Shown here: positions 37,658-52,100 of the stretch, piece by piece
Layout of the letters: every line of letters starts with the position of its first letter
Position numbering within the stretch: the stretch's first letter is position 1
Source of the DNA: Monosiga brevicollis MX1
Lineage: Eukaryota
Direction: 5' to 3'
DNA length: 64,000 bases
NCBI RefSeq assembly: GCF_000002865.3
Contig: NW_001865056.1
Coordinates: forward strand, 294,455 to 358,454
Notes under the pieces: generated by a model
Database searches by the model: none
The model's input: only the letters and a program-made list of their open reading frames with translations
What the model was told of the DNA's origin: nothing
Made by a program: the position numbers and the translations under genes

Positions 37658-37888
37658 CGTAGATTGACCCGGGCATCCTGATGACCTCGCTGCTTTTCTC
37701 CCGCTCTCCGTCTTCCCGATCCTTGCTCAGTCCCGTCCGGTTGCCATGCTTGTGCTTGGCGATGTCCTTCTTTTTTTTTCTTTCTTTTTTTTGGCGTCTT
37801 TGATTGCTTAGCCTTGATTGGTGCCGTCGATTTTTATTTTTATTTTTTTATTTTTTTTTTTGGTTTTGCTATGACTCTCTACAAACCT

Positions 37889-40830
37889 TCAGTCGTGGCT
37901 ACGCCATCGGAGGCTTGATGGGTTCTACACACAGTTGGCCCGAGATCAACGGCACGCATGCTTGGCGTTGTTGGTGGCGCTGACCAATGGCATGAACTGG
38001 GGAGTCGGAACGTACATGGGGATGCCAAGATCACTCAGCACTTCGTCCAAATCGTCTTGGCGCTCTTGTCGACGCAGCTCAGCCTCTTCCTCACGCCGCC
38101 GGCGTTGGTCTTCAAGATTTTTCAGACGGCTTTGTCCCTTGCGGGTGTGGGAGAGTGTGGAGGCCGCAGCGTCCGTTGCCGGCTGCATCTCCATCTGATC
38201 AACCTCCTCGTCTTCGTCGTCGCTGTCGTCCTACAGGGTTGACACCATGAAAATCTGTGATATACAAGCAAAAGGGACGGTCCCAGGAGGGTGGCGCCAA
38301 CTCTACCTTGGACAAGCGCACATATTCGTTTTGGGCGCTTGGCGAGAAGGTCATGCTACCGATTAAGACACAAGGGAACCGATGAGAGCTAGCGGACGTG
38401 CCATGTGTTTTTGATTCTCTTGGTCGTGTCCGGTTCCAAAACAGATTGCGGAGAATGGGTAGCAAAACGGACCCCGTCATGATGTAAAAGACCAGCGTCG
38501 TCAACTCCTCGATCAGAGCCGCAAGCCAAATGAGGCGGAAGGGTAACATGCGCTCCACAAGATACGCCAAGACCCGAGTCACTGACAAAAGGGGACATGA
38601 CAACAGCGTGAGAAAGCGGGTCCAGAAGAACTGAGTTTTGATGACTGCGCGCATGCAATCGCCAGCCGTACCGTAGATGTAAAGCAGGACAAGGATGTAG
38701 TAGCGGCGGAAAAGGTGCAGCTTGCGCAGCGACAGTGCTGCTTTGCCATCCACTGCAGCCGAGTCGCGCAGATGACGGATGGACCACAAAACAGGTACCA
38801 AAACGGCTACGCAGCACACCAGGTCAAGAAGCAGGCCCAGTCCACGCCAAAAGCTATACACAACACACATTGGTTTAGCAGGGGCATGCGTGATTTTTTA
38901 AGCCGCAGGTCAGTCGGTGTTAGGAATGCACAGCTGGCAGAAAGAAGCTTGACATACTCGCGAGCAGAGGAACCAATGTCAGCCTCTTCGAGTACAATCT
39001 GCGCCGTGTTGACCAAAACTTGAATGGCTAGCACGCCAACGATGAAATACTTTTCATAGGTCACGAGAACGTGCTTGATGAGACCGTAGCCCGCGCCAAC
39101 CAGCAACACGGTCAAGAACAACAGCATGCCCTACGTCGATAATCGTAGCAAAGACCAAATTTCAGATCAGTGGGATGTCAGGGTGAGTGAGAGGGAAAGC
39201 AGCGCAGTAGAAAGCGAGCACCAATGCCCGACCTTGGCAAAATTTAGGATATAATAGGTGATGGCCCAGCCCTCCTCAGGCGTGCCGTGTTTAGAGATGA
39301 CGCTGTAGTCGATGGCCCGAAACATGTCAGCCATGAACTGGAGAAGCATCGTGGAATGGAAAATGGGAGAGGTGACAGGCAGATGAGAAGACAATCGGGG
39401 ACAGGGACAGCGATGTGTAAGCAAAAGAGGCGCAAGAGCGTGGCGAGCTCGCATGCAAGGCAGACCTTGAAAAAGACCAGTGCCAACATGAGATAGTGGA
39501 TCTTGAAAAGATATTGCGAATCGCGATGATGATACAGCACTGAAGCCCACGCAATGGTGGCGAAGCCGAAGATGATGGCCCCGGAAATGAAAACAGCCGG
39601 GAGTCCGCTGCGGCCAGCCCCGAGATACTCATTGCCATGATTCACCTCTACAATCTCAAGCTGAACCCAACATGCTATTACCGTGAGGAGCCCTCACCAC
39701 CAGACATCGGGTGCATCAAACCATGGGAGCTGCCTCATGCCATGTCCCACTGGTGGGTTTGTCTTACGTCCAAATCAAAACCTGGGGCAAGGATGCCGCA
39801 CCCCACAAAGCTGATGCTGTAAAAGTCCTCGGCAGCGGCACTTGACAGCGTAATCGAGACCTTGAACATGATGAAAACCGAACATGAATGATGCAGGGTG
39901 AGCAACCGAGGGAAGGACACCCGCACAGCATGCCAAAACAGAAAGCGTGGGCGAAAACTCTGTTTGGTACCTGTGACCAGGACCGGTTCGAAGTGTCCAG
40001 GTACTCGTTAATAAACGTCGTGTTGACACCCGTGAGTCCAAAGTCCCCTTCTTCAAGCAGCCTGTCCAAGACATGAACAAGTGCGGTCAGTGAAGCTTGA
40101 GGGCCAAGCAAGTTTGTGATGAGGAGCGCGAGCAGGCGGCAGACTTGCGTGTGAGAGGAAGTGTTGGTTGGATGAACCAGGATACGATAATTGTTGTCCC
40201 CCGGGTCATCCTGCGTCAAGAAACAGCCTCCAAAGGCATCGAGGTTCTGTGCAACAGTGACACGTGAGTGGAGAGAGTCTCAGAAGAACTTGGGACGCCA
40301 GCTTGAACGGGACTGCAAAAAAACCGACCACATCATATTGAATGGATTCTTGATTGGCACGGTGGACCACAAATCCAATTTGCGTGCCTTGCGGATGAGC
40401 AATCTTGAGCTAAGAATGCGTATTGAGATGTTACACACCAAACGTGAGACCCTCCAATGCTCAAAAACGGTATGACCAGGCGAATAAATGGATAGGAGTA
40501 CAGGTTTCGCACATTTCGAACACGAAGGTCGATGCGGCCATCCTGGAGCAGGCCGAAGGAGGAGATGACAAAATGCGAGCGCACTTCGTGACGCAGTTTC
40601 AACTGATGGCGTCGACCCGTGCCTGTCCACAGATGCCACCGCCCAGGGCGCAGTGTGAGGGCGATCCACGCGCAATGCAGCAAGGCTCGGCTGAGAGAGA
40701 GAGAGAGAGAGAGAGGTCACCCTTCAGCAAAGATGCGGGAATAGAACAAACATTCTGAAGTAAGGGTCAGCAAGACGAGGGCCAGAAGCGCAAGCCGTGA
40801 TAGCCGGCCGGGAAAACGAGGCGCTGTCAT
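37889..40830 (-). CDS. GPR107/108: GPR107/GPR108 (lung seven-transmembrane, GOST family) protein
   Basis: Signal peptide; EYLGAGRSGLP, KIHYLMLALVFFK, HGTPEEGWAITYYI, LLVGAGYGLIKHVL..EK, DLVCCVAVLVPVLWSIRHLRDSAAVDGKAALSLRKLHLFRRYYI. The last exon is uncertain (stop at 37889 or 37946). Confidence 0.9.
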
Positions 40831-41113
40831 GACGCCGGTCACTCAAAGCCTGCCACAGCAGCCGATCAGGCGTGAGCACGAACGACAAGCGGTCTTTTTC
40901 CCCAACGAGGGGATCTGTTCACTGCCACCCATTGCCCTAGGCTGTCCCTCCCTTTCTCCAGCAGAACACATGGATATCCTACACAAGGCAGGTGTACGTG
41001 CATGCCACGGCACGGCACGTCGCAAGCGTGTCCTTGACCACAGACACATACCAAGCCCTTGTCGTAACCTGCTGCCACTTTGCATGCAACCACCTGACAA
41101 GAAAAAAAATAAC

Positions 41114-41339
<226 letters not shown>

Positions 41340-41714
41340 CGGTGTCATTCCAAGGTCTTTGACGAGTAAGTGTGATGCCGATTGCACTTTTGAAGGAGAG
41401 AGGGAAATCCAAAAGTGTGTTCGTTATGGGCAAACGGGTGCGACTGCACCACGCAACAGCAGCACCACACCACCGGCACGCCATCACCACACGCCATCAA
41501 CATATCACACACCACCAGCGCCACCGACAAGCGACCAGCGCCTGACAGATGTAGGCAGTAGGTAAAAGGAGGTTGACCAGTATGGCGCTCTCTTTTAAGT
41601 TCGGGAAATTTTTCGGATGTCGGCAGATGGACGTGAGAAGACCCGCTTCCCGCCGTATTTTTTTCCGCCAACTTTTAAGCCCACCAATGGGTTTCAACCT
41701 TTGAGATGGAGCTA

Positions 41715-44700
41715 TCAGCAGATGACAAGGTCGTGAAAAAACTGCTTCACATCTTCGACAGCCAAAATACTGTTGGTTGCCAGCTCAAAATAGTTGGCGA
41801 GCTCGATCACCATACGATCGAAACCCCCCAGCCTATGAAACCATCACACGCCCCGCCCAGAAGATCAGGACCTATCCATGAGTGTCGCTGCAGGGCAGCA
41901 CATAAGAACCTGGCGGCTGGTGACGTACCGGCGCACGTTTTGAAAAACGCGCAGCAATGAACGCACATGAGCGCGAAACAGTTCCTCCTCTGCATCAAAA
42001 CAGTTTTATATGCCACGATCAGCACTCATCAAACCGTTCCAAGCATCGACCACACCCCGATTGGCTTGCTGCCTCTGATCAAACCATTCTCCCTTTGATT
42101 CAGAGGACAGTTTATCCCTTGCTTCAGCACCACATACCTTCTAAAAGCAGATCACTGGTCAAGTCAGGCTGCTCACAAAATCGTCCTGGAGAGCAATGCA
42201 CAACCACAGAGTGAGCTCGTCCTTGGAGTTAGCTGACGCCGATGAAGATGCATTTCACTGCTTCCCATGCCTTTTTCCCATTCAGAAGAAACAAGAGATT
42301 CGTCAGCACGCACCTTCAGGCTCAGTCACTGAGCCGACATGAAGGTAACGATTCTGCAACAGCGTCCAGTCGACAAACTCGGCCGTGGTCATGTCCAACT
42401 GCAAGGACTGTGCGTCACAAATGCAAACAAAGCACACACAAAAATGAGAGACCCCTGCCCTTCAGCATAGGCCTGCCTCCATGCAAAACCTACCGCAATT
42501 AAAGACTGCAGCGAGAGACGAAGTGCGGCCAGTTGTTGATCGCGCGACCACGCACGCTTGATGGGCAGCGGCAGCTGTTCAAATGCCTAATGTACCGACC
42601 AGGCGTGCAACCTTGAAGCTTGATACCGGCGCTTTCAGTGTTTCATTCCTGGTCTCTGCGAGTTGTTCGGTGCAGCATACCTGAGCTGCCGTCTCAATGG
42701 CCGGGTTTTGTGTCCACACGGACACGGAGATGCTGGCCTCGAGAGAGGTCACGTGATGAATCCACAGCGGTGGAATATAAAGCACTGGCACCCCCATTCA
42801 TCAAGCGTGAGCCAGTTGCTCTTAAAGCTCAGCTGACAGGGGCTACCGGCCCTGTTGCACCATTATCAACTCACCATCTCCCGGCCCAACAACGACCTCG
42901 AGCGCCTCGGCACGGCGCCGAAAGTTGGGGAATCGCCGTTGTTGATCCTCATAATCACCGTTTAAATCCACCTGCCCACGCACAGTGTGAACCGGACGCA
43001 AACAGCGAGCAGGCGGCGGATGGCACCGCATAAGCCTTGGAGCGCACCTGCATAGAGCGTCCAGCTGGATGAAGAATGGGCCACATGTATAGCTGTTGCC
43101 AACGTGCTGGTGGATACAGCAGAAAGCGCTTGTGTCCGTGCACTTGAATGAAGAAATTGTGAAAGAGGTCAAAATGGGCGGGCGTCGTGGTGCGTGCTCC
43201 TGCGCCCAACCAAGTCGTGGCCAAGCAAGAAGCCCGCAACAACAACAATAACAAGAACCGAAAAAAAAGATGGAAATGCATTTGTGGGTGAGCTAGAGAT
43301 ACAAAAATGGTCACGGTTATCACCCGACCAGGCCACATACCGCTGAACCAAACGCGTGTCTGACGATGGAGATGGTTATCCTCCGGGCTGACACCGGGCT
43401 GTACCACCACAAAAGGCTCGACGGGCTGGAACTCGCGGCTGAGCGCGGACGGCAGCTCATGCAAAAAGCAGCTGTGGCTAACGGCTGTGGATTGAGTGGT
43501 ATCGTTCCAACGCTGGAAAAATTCGGCCGCACTCATGTTGACGCGGGTGTACGCGGTGGGCACGTAGTTCCCCACCAGCGTATTCACACTGCTCATCGGG
43601 CTACCATGATTGTAGAAGAACGGCGTGTCCTGATCCGTGGCTGGAACAGATACGGTTTCAGGCAACGACGAGTATGCGTCGAAGGGTGATTAGACAAGGG
43701 GCAGCGTGGGTGCACAGAGGGCCCCTCCATCCAGCAGACGATGCTCGGGATCAATCATACCTCGACGCGTGATGATCTTGACGCCTTCGAGTTGATCCAT
43801 ATGCTTGATAATGTGCTCCACCGTCCACAGCTTCATGGCGGGGAGTTGGGTGGCAAACGTGTTTTGAAGGACGAGCGGCTCATCAATCGCTGCAACCTGC
43901 CCCGGTTCGTTGGTGGCACTCCCGTGAGTGCTACCTCTTGCAGCAATACCATACCTGCAAGCAACAAGAAACGAATACATGACGCTTGCACCCACCTGCT
44001 CGGCAAAATAATGGTGGAGTTCAGGACGCCATTGTAAGCGGTGTGGGTGTGCCTCGTAGGCCGCACAGGGCAGAAGCTGATCATACACTGGCTGCGCATC
44101 AAGAAAGTCGGGGCAAGTTCATGGCATCAGAAGACTAGAATAGAAACCATCCCACGCCTGTTCAGTCTGGTAAGCAGAAGCGAGGGCTGACCATGATATC
44201 AATGCCTGCACCCCCGTAATGACGCTCCCCGCGCAATCCACTGTCAAGGAGCGTGAACTTGTTAAAAACCATCAAGCGCTGAAAGCTCGAACAAAGGCTG
44301 TATCTATGGCACCTACTCGTCCCATTCGACAGCAAAGAGGCCCTCGCCTGCCAGTGCCTTGACAGTCCCGAGGCGCTCGTGCTCAGCACGTAGGCAGCGC
44401 ACGCGGTCACCTGAGCACATATTGATACCACTGGTCAGCTTGCTGCCCCATGCCTTGCCCTTCGTTCCCAAGTGTGGCGGTCTACACTACGCACCAATAG
44501 CCAGCGGATTGCCTGCGGTAAACGTTGAGGCGTTGAGAACAATGGGTTCACCAAGCTGTGGGGTGCGGGACGTCGGGTCCGCGCGCTCTTTTGCCTGCGC
44601 GTCAAGTTCATCGGGCCCTGGCTCGTCTACACGCATCGATCAGTCGGATTGATGGTTGAGGTTGCGCAGGCACGGTCGGACCTGGGGCTAGTGCAGGTGC

Positions 44701-45117
44701 GTGACATACAGTGAGCGTGAAAACCAATAATGTCCGAGGTCGTTTGGAGTGAGCGAATGAGCTCCACGCGCTGGCGAAATTGCTCCGAGGGAGGCATTAC
44801 GCCAGCGTGACTCGCGCGCCGGTGCTGCTCCTCTTCTGGCAAAGGATCACCCCCAGACCGTTCCCAGTCTACAAAGGCTTTCGAGTAAGTTGGAGGCAGA
44901 TACAGCACCATCCTGCGGCGAGCTAACAATCAAATCGGCCCAAGACGTCAACGCTTTGCTCACCCGTATCCAGGTACTCATAGGCATGGATCGAGGCCTG
45001 GGACATGAACGAAACAGCCATCAAGGCGCACGCAAGGCACCCGACCATGCTTGATGGACCCGCCATCTCCCACGGCCTTTCACCTACAGCACGCAACGCC
45101 TCTTGGATGAGCCCCAT
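41715..45117 (-). CDS. JmjC (cupin-8, FIH/JMJD-hydroxylase type) 2OG-Fe(II) oxygenase with N-terminal signal anchor and MIB/HERC2-like segment (many exons)
   Basis: EPLVLQNTFATQLPAMKLWT; TTPAHFDLFHNFFIQVHGHKRFLLYPP; EVVVGPGD/VLYIPPLWIHHVTSLEASISVSVW; phase-consistent exons from MGLIQEAL.. to ..LANYFEL..FFHDLVIC*. Confidence 0.82.
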
Positions 45118-45262
45118 GGACCTACACTTTCCAAGTCTACCCCCAAACCCCCCCCCCCCCCCCTCCCCTCCTCCCGCCCCTTCAGCACACATTCACTCAC
45201 TCACTCACGCTCACTCGCGCTCACTCGCACAGAGAGAAAGAGAAAATTGAGGCTTCTCTCTC

Positions 45263-45295
<33 letters not shown>

Positions 45296-45374
45296 CACAC
45301 AACACACACAAAACCAAAAAAAAGAAAGAGATGCTCGAAAGACAAAAATAAATTCGGCATTTTACATCGAATGA

Positions 45375-45377
<3 letters not shown>

Positions 45378-45447
<70 letters not shown>
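45378..45447. repeat. (GT/CA)n microsatellite in the divergent JmjC/ValRS promoter region
   Basis: Perfect run of about 70 bp; poly-T at about 45264-45291. Confidence 0.96.
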
Positions 45448-45448
<1 letters not shown>

Positions 45449-45632
45449 CAAGGCGCGGGGGGATCGGGGTGGTCATGCGCTGACTCGGACTGGACCGCCA
45501 AGCATCATGGCTCATGTTATTTTGAGGTGTCATCTGACTCACAGCTTTTGTTAGTTAGGAGAGCGAGAGGGCACATCCGAGATGTGCATGGCCTGAGCCT
45601 TTGCCTGCGCCCCTTTTTGCCGCACCAACCCC

Positions 45633-47750
45633 ATGTGGCCGGTGATACGCCTCCAGCAGGCGCCCTCCCTGTCGCTGGTTCGGATGAGTGTGGTCAGGCA
45701 ACAATGGCGGGCCGCCAGCCAAGGCCTCGAGCCGCTGGCTCGGGCCTATGAACCCGCACACGTGGAACCTGCTGCACGCGAAGTTGAAGCTGGACGCTCC
45801 TTTGCTCCCGAAAATGCCCCCATCAGGCAGCCCCTTGCCGGGAGCCGCATGGTGAGCCAACGCGTGCACGTGACAGACTTTGGCTCTTTGCTAAAATCTG
45901 ATTTTTCTACACCTCCTCTCACCCCACCTGTCTGCCCGCCGCTTCTGGTTACCCCAATGACCGTGGTCTTCTTCCTTAGCCTTCACGCCCGAGCGAGCCG
46001 TTTGTCATGATGCTGCCACCCCCCAACGTTACGGGCACGCTTCATTTGGGTCATGCTTTGACAATTGCTGTGCAGGATGCCCTTGCCCGCTGGCATCGCA
46101 TGCTCGGCCACGAAGTAAGGCGACACCTTTCTCACCACTTCCCATGTGGTGTTGCTGCTGTGGCCTTTGCCATCCTCAAAATCCCATTCTGGGCGAGTGT
46201 GTGCCATCATTCTCACATCTGCCCACTTCTACCGGGCCCATGCAGGTGCTTTGGCTCCCAGGTGCTGACCATGCTGGCATTGCTACCCAGACTGTCGTTG
46301 AAAAGCACCTTTGGAAAACTCAAGAGGTTGGTTTGGCTCAGAAAGGCCTGAGGCTGCTGTCCCCATCCTTTGCTCAACGGCCCCAAGAAGCACCCCCACT
46401 CATGTCAACCCATTCTGACGCAGACCACCCGCCACCAGCTTGGGCGTGACGCTTTTATCCAAGAGGTCTTCAAGTGGAGAGATGAAAAGGCTGGCCGGAT
46501 ATTTCACCAGGTATGCCGTCCCAAGTGTAGAGAGAGCGTGGCGGGAAAGGAGGCCCACTTTTAATTGACCCATTGCCCAGCTGCGCCCAACACGCCCAGC
46601 ACCTTTCTCAAGAATTCACCCGCTGTACCTTGAGCTGCACCACTCCTCATGACTCCGCGCTTCACCGTGATGGCCTCTGCAGATGCGCATGCTCGGTGCA
46701 TCGCTCGATTGGTCTCGAGAAGTGTTTACCATGGACCAACGTTTCACCAAGGCCGTGCGCTCCGCTTTTATTCGCTTGCACCGCCAAGGTCTTATTTATC
46801 GAGCGCACCGCATTGTCAATTGGTCTCCTGCACTGCAATCAGCCATCTCTGATATCGAGGTAGACATGCACAGCGTAACTGGACCTGCACGATTAAACGT
46901 TCCTCGACAAGATCGCCAGGGTCGCCCGCTTTCCGTCGACGTGGGTCGCATGTATGCCATTCGAATGGACCTTTGTGATGGATCGGGCGCCGTGACTGTC
47001 CAAACCACACGCCCGGAAACATTGCCAGGCGATGTAGCCGTGGCCGTAAATCCAGATGACACCCGCTACCGTCATTTGATTGGCCGCCGCATTCAACATC
47101 CCGTGTCTGGCGCCGAGCTCCCAATCGTCGGTGACGCCAGCGTGGATGCCGACTTTGGATCGGGCGTTGTCAAGATCACTCCCGCCCACGACGAGTTTGA
47201 CTTTGAGCTGGCCCAGCGACATCAGTTGCCTGCACCTCGTGTCATTGACTGGAACGGCACCATGCGATCTGGTCAGGCTCTTGATTTCCTGTGACGTCGT
47301 GCTTGACCCCGGTCGCAAACAAAGCGTCTGCAACATTCGACGCGTCAAGTCCGTGCATTCTGTTCTGACTTTTGTTTATCATCACCCCGATGCCGTACGT
47401 TTCTCTTCTTCTCTTCTTCTTTAGTATCAGGCGTGCCGATCGATTTGCAAGGCATGGATCGTCTCGAGGCTCGTGCCGCCATTGTACAGCAGCTCACGGA
47501 TTCGGGCCACCTGGAGAACGTGTTTGACCATGCCATGGTTAGGAAGTGATGATGGCGCCACTCTCCTGGCGGGGTCGGCAGCGTTAAAAACGGTCCTCTT
47601 TTCCTCGGCTCGCAACACTCACCCGAACAACATTGTGGCAAATTCGTTGACCAGGCGGTGCCCATCTGCTCGCGCAGTGGCGATGTCGTCGAGCCCATGC
47701 TCTGCCCACAATGGTACATGGACTGCTCTGATCTGGCACAGGTTTGCTTT

Positions 47751-47790
<40 letters not shown>

Positions 47791-50700
47791 GTTGCCCGCT
47801 GATAAGAAAGGATATAACTCGGCCCTTGATAGATTCACCATGTGGCAAACAGCTCATTGAACCCCATCTGCCAATAGCGCGCGCTGGAACGAGTGGAGAA
47901 TGGGCACTTGAGCATTGAACCGGCTCTTCACGCCAAAGAATGGCAACGGTGGCTTGGTGAAATTAAGCCATGGTGCCTGTCGAGGCAACTCTGGTGGGGG
48001 CATCAGATTCCGGCCTTTGGCTTCACCGCACCTTGCGGAAAGCAGGAATATGTTGTTGCCGATGATGAGGGCACAGCTCGCGATGAGGTGCTGCAACAAT
48101 ATGGCGCTGATTTTGCAGCTTCCGTCACGCTCACGCCAGAGGAAGACGTCCTAGACACGTGGTTTTCGTCGGGCCTCTACCCCTTTGCCGCCCTTGGCTG
48201 GCCCGAGTCTACACCAGACTTTGCCAAGTTCTTCCCAAACACTCTCCTGGAAACGGGCTCCGACATTCTTTTTTTCTGGGTAGCTCGCATGGTCATGCTC
48301 TCCCTCGCTCTCACGGACCAAGTGCCTTTTCGCCAAGTAAGCGAGGCGCTTCAGCCCCAGCGTGCATAGCCCAATGGCCTGAAATGCCAAGCCTCCTCCG
48401 GTCACAAGCGGGCTTTCAATTATTACACGCTTTTGCTCGGCTTTGCTCATCACTTCTTTACCCGATTGCTTTTCCTTCATGATCTGCTTGTATGAACCTA
48501 GGTACTCCTGCACCCGCTGGTGCGCGATGGCCAGGGCCGCAAGATGAGCAAGTCGGTCGGCAACGTCATTGATCCCTTGGATGTCATACATGGCAAGCCG
48601 TTGAATGACATGCTGGCCGAGAATCCAGAGAATCTGGACAAAGCTGCTTTAGCTGCCCGTGAAAAGCACATGCGCCGCAATTTTCCCAAGGGCATCCCAG
48701 AGTGTGGTGCAGATGCCCTTCGCCTGACACTCCTCAACCAGCTAAATCGTGGTAGGCCCCCTACCGCCAGCTCAGCCGACCCTTTCTTGTGTCGTCTGAT
48801 TCATTCTCATTCCTGACACGATGGATTTTGTGAATCAGGTCAAGCTTGCAATGTTGATGTCCCAGCCCTGCAAGCGACACGCAAGTATTGCAACAAGCTG
48901 TGGCAGGCGGCCCGCTTTGTGCAGGGTTTCAGCGATCCAGAAGCCGAACAGCCCGCTGTTCTGCCATGTCCGTTAAGCTGGGTGCCTGCCGTGTTGCCCG
49001 CAAACAAATTGGGCAAAGATATCCAAAACAAGGGTACATACTTGCGCGTGGCTCAATCTTGGGTGCAGTGGCTACAACCTTAGGTCAAGCGGCATCATAC
49101 GTACAGCACGCGGTGCCAGAAACGCAGCAGAGCCTGTTGTCGCGCTGGCTTTTGCTCCGCCTGACGGAGACGCGTGACAAATATGCCGCCGCTCTTGAGT
49201 CATTTGCCTTCCGTGAAGCCACGGAAACGTTACAGCGTTTTGTTCAAGCGGATTTATGTGACACCTACCTGGAGTACATGAAGCTGCACAAGACGGTTGG
49301 TGCAGGGGAAGCGAAACAAGCCAGCTCAAGTTGACCAAAGGCTTTCCCCTCTGCGTACACGTGTGTCTTGCTCATGTGGTGTCGCTTCTTGATGTCGACC
49401 CGCCAGATAACACCCGAGTTGGCCGCCTTTCGGGAACAGGATCATGCATGTATGGTCCTGGCCTTGCGCACAATACTGGCCTTGTATTACCCCCTGGCCC
49501 CATATATCAGCGAGCACATTTATACACGCCTACCCCGGTGAGATGCCCAGGGCTTTGAGCGGCCCATTCATTCGCGCCTCAACCGTGCCTTGTCATTATT
49601 ATAAATCTTGTTTTTTCGCTTGTTTTGGGGGGTCTTATCTCTTGTACACACCACACTCGTCAAAGTCTCAATCTCTCACCGAACCTTTGCAGGCATGCGG
49701 AGGATCCTCTCTCACTATCCGAAGTTCTGGTGGATCGGGCAGCATCATATGGTCGAACGGTGCCGGCTGAACTGGACCGTGTCCTCGAGGCGGCTCGCGC
49801 CTTGCGTCAATCCTCCTTTGTTGCCGATGCTCGTGGTGATCGCGCGTCTCGCGTATGTGGCTGTGCGCACATGGGCATTGCAAAATCTCTGATGACTCCC
49901 GCTTTGGTCATCCGACCAAGATCGCGGCCTCATCGCAATAATAGTCTCACTTGTGCATCGGCATGTGCTGTTGTGAATGATTATAGCCCGTAGGCATTGT
50001 CGCCGTGAGCAGCGCGGCCGAGCGAAAAACGGAGCTACAACATATACTCAAGTCTGTTGTCACAGTGTTCGCCTTTCTCAAGATTGGTCTGACTGGGATC
50101 AGTTTCAGCCAATGCCAATGTTTACACCAAAGCTTACCGACGTATATCTCCTTGCACTGCAATCCGCGTTTTCAGAGCCGTGTGTCCTATCAGCGATGCT
50201 GTTGTCGTTGATCCCGCAAGCCTGAAGGAGACTATCCGGTCCTATGAGACGCAGCCGGGGCTCGTCGTGCGCACCAGCGTGCGTCCACCGACATCCGAGG
50301 TCTGCTTTGCAGCTGCCCATCTTCATCTGGCCTTGACTTGCAAGCACCCGACGTTTGTCTGTTTGTCATTGATTGTGGGAAAACGCTGCGGAAATTTCCA
50401 CAGGTTTTCGTGTATGTGCAGCAACAGCCCAGCGTGGCGGAGCTGCAACAGTCTCTTCAGCAGTACGAGAAACGCATGGTAAGACCTCCCTGCCTCATGC
50501 TGAGCAGCTCAAAGCACCGCTACTCATGCTCGAATTGATTTTGTGTGCTCAGGCAAATGTGCAGAAGAGCCACGGTGTGCTAACAGCGCAGCTTGCCAAC
50601 CCCGACTACCTGGCGCGTTGTGACGCTGAGGTATGAGTGTGCTCCTCGAGGTGTCGATTGTGAATTTTCATGCCGCTCTATTCTTCCTTTGGCCCTTTCT

Positions 50701-50910
50701 TGTCAAATGTGGCACTTTTTGGATCATGATGTTCAAGTCGAGAGTTGACTGTCTGGCGAACCCTTGATTTGCTGCCACCCTTGCCCGTTCTAGATTGTGG
50801 CTGCGACGCGACAGCAGGCCAAGCAGGAAACCGAGGCCTTGGACATGTTAATGGCCACGGTGGAAACTTATCGAACTTTGCTGAGCAGCTCAAGCAACCG
50901 AGCAGATTGA
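45633..50910 (+). CDS. VARS2: Valyl-tRNA synthetase, probably mitochondrial (multi-exon)
   Basis: [111 protein letters not shown]; presequence-like N-terminus. Confidence 0.93.
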
Positions 50911-51165
50911 GCTTGTGTTGCAGTATGGGAGGTGTCCCACCCGCCAGGACCGCGGCCAAAATAATTGATAGGGTCATTCTTTCACGACTCTTTGATTGGC
51001 GACGCACGAAGAATACCGATTTCAATGCGCACGGAAGCAACCTGGCCACTGAAAAGAGAAGGCGAAAGAAGAAACCGCAATTTAAACAACAAGCACGACG
51101 CAATTTTCAACAGCAACCTAAGGGCTCAGCCCCGAAAGCAATGATCTGCTTCCAATCGAGATAGT

Positions 51166-52100
51166 CTACAGATGTCGCCGGGTCGCCTGAAAGACCTTTT
51201 GCTCAAACGCAACGCCAGCGATCGGGGTACCAGGTGCTCGAAGCGGGTTGAGCATGACCTAAATTATACCAGACAGAGCGGCAGCACACGTACGGTCAAA
51301 GGTGAATTGTGGCTCAGAGAGGGAACACATGCTAGGAAGACTGGCATCCTGGGTGTGGGCCGGCCAAACGAAGCAGCATCGAGCCAAACCTTGACATAAA
51401 GCTCGTGAATCTCTTGCAAAAAGGCCTTGACGCCTTCATCGGAGCGGCTGTCGTACAGAAGCACAATGCGAATCTACAGCACACGTGATTGGAGTTGTGA
51501 GACAGCGGCGATTGGCTCAATCTTGCCCTTTGGCCTTCGGTCGCCATGGGTGTTGGGCCAGTCCAGCGTTCCGCGGTCCGGTTTCGGCTCTTACATTGGT
51601 CGCAGTGACGCAAGCGGCCACTTGCATGGACCATTCATCAAAGCGGTGGTCTACCTTGATGAACCTAAGCGTGGAATGTTACCGCCACGCGACGGGCGGG
51701 CGGTCAAGGCACGACAAAAAAAGGGGGGGCGAGGCGGCCATTCGTAAATCTGTGAGCAGGACTCACGTGCTTGGATTTCGTCCGGCCTCATCATCGATAC
51801 TGTCAAGCGCAGCAAACGCTACTTGCTGATAAGACAGGACCCGTTCCGCCTGGTCAGGGGAGTTGAGGCAAACAAGGTGCAAGGGGGCCGCGAAGGGATG
51901 AGCGTAGAAGCCCGCGCCCATGCTTGACAAGTCAATCCTGCGGAGGTCCGCAAGCAACAAGGCTGCTTGCGGAGCCGATCGGTTGTTCGTACCCTCTTCT
52001 CAGGATCCTCATTGGATTCATTCAGAATGCCAAAACTCGACTCATACAGCGGCTTATCATCGGCGCCAATGATGGCCAGGTAGTAGTTGCCGGCGCCCAT
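51166..52100 (-). CDS. TRAPPC2: TRAPP complex subunit 2 (sedlin)
   Basis: YYLAIIGADDKPLYE, QVAFAALDSID, RFDEWSMQVAACVTATN/IRIVLLYD..EGVKAFLQEIHELYVK/VMLNP..AFEQKV..RRHL*. Confidence 0.85.

Noticed and set aside
47753..47789. Long poly-T tract as a possible retroelement tail
   Set aside because: It lies in a short ValRS intron with no target-site duplication or element body visible.
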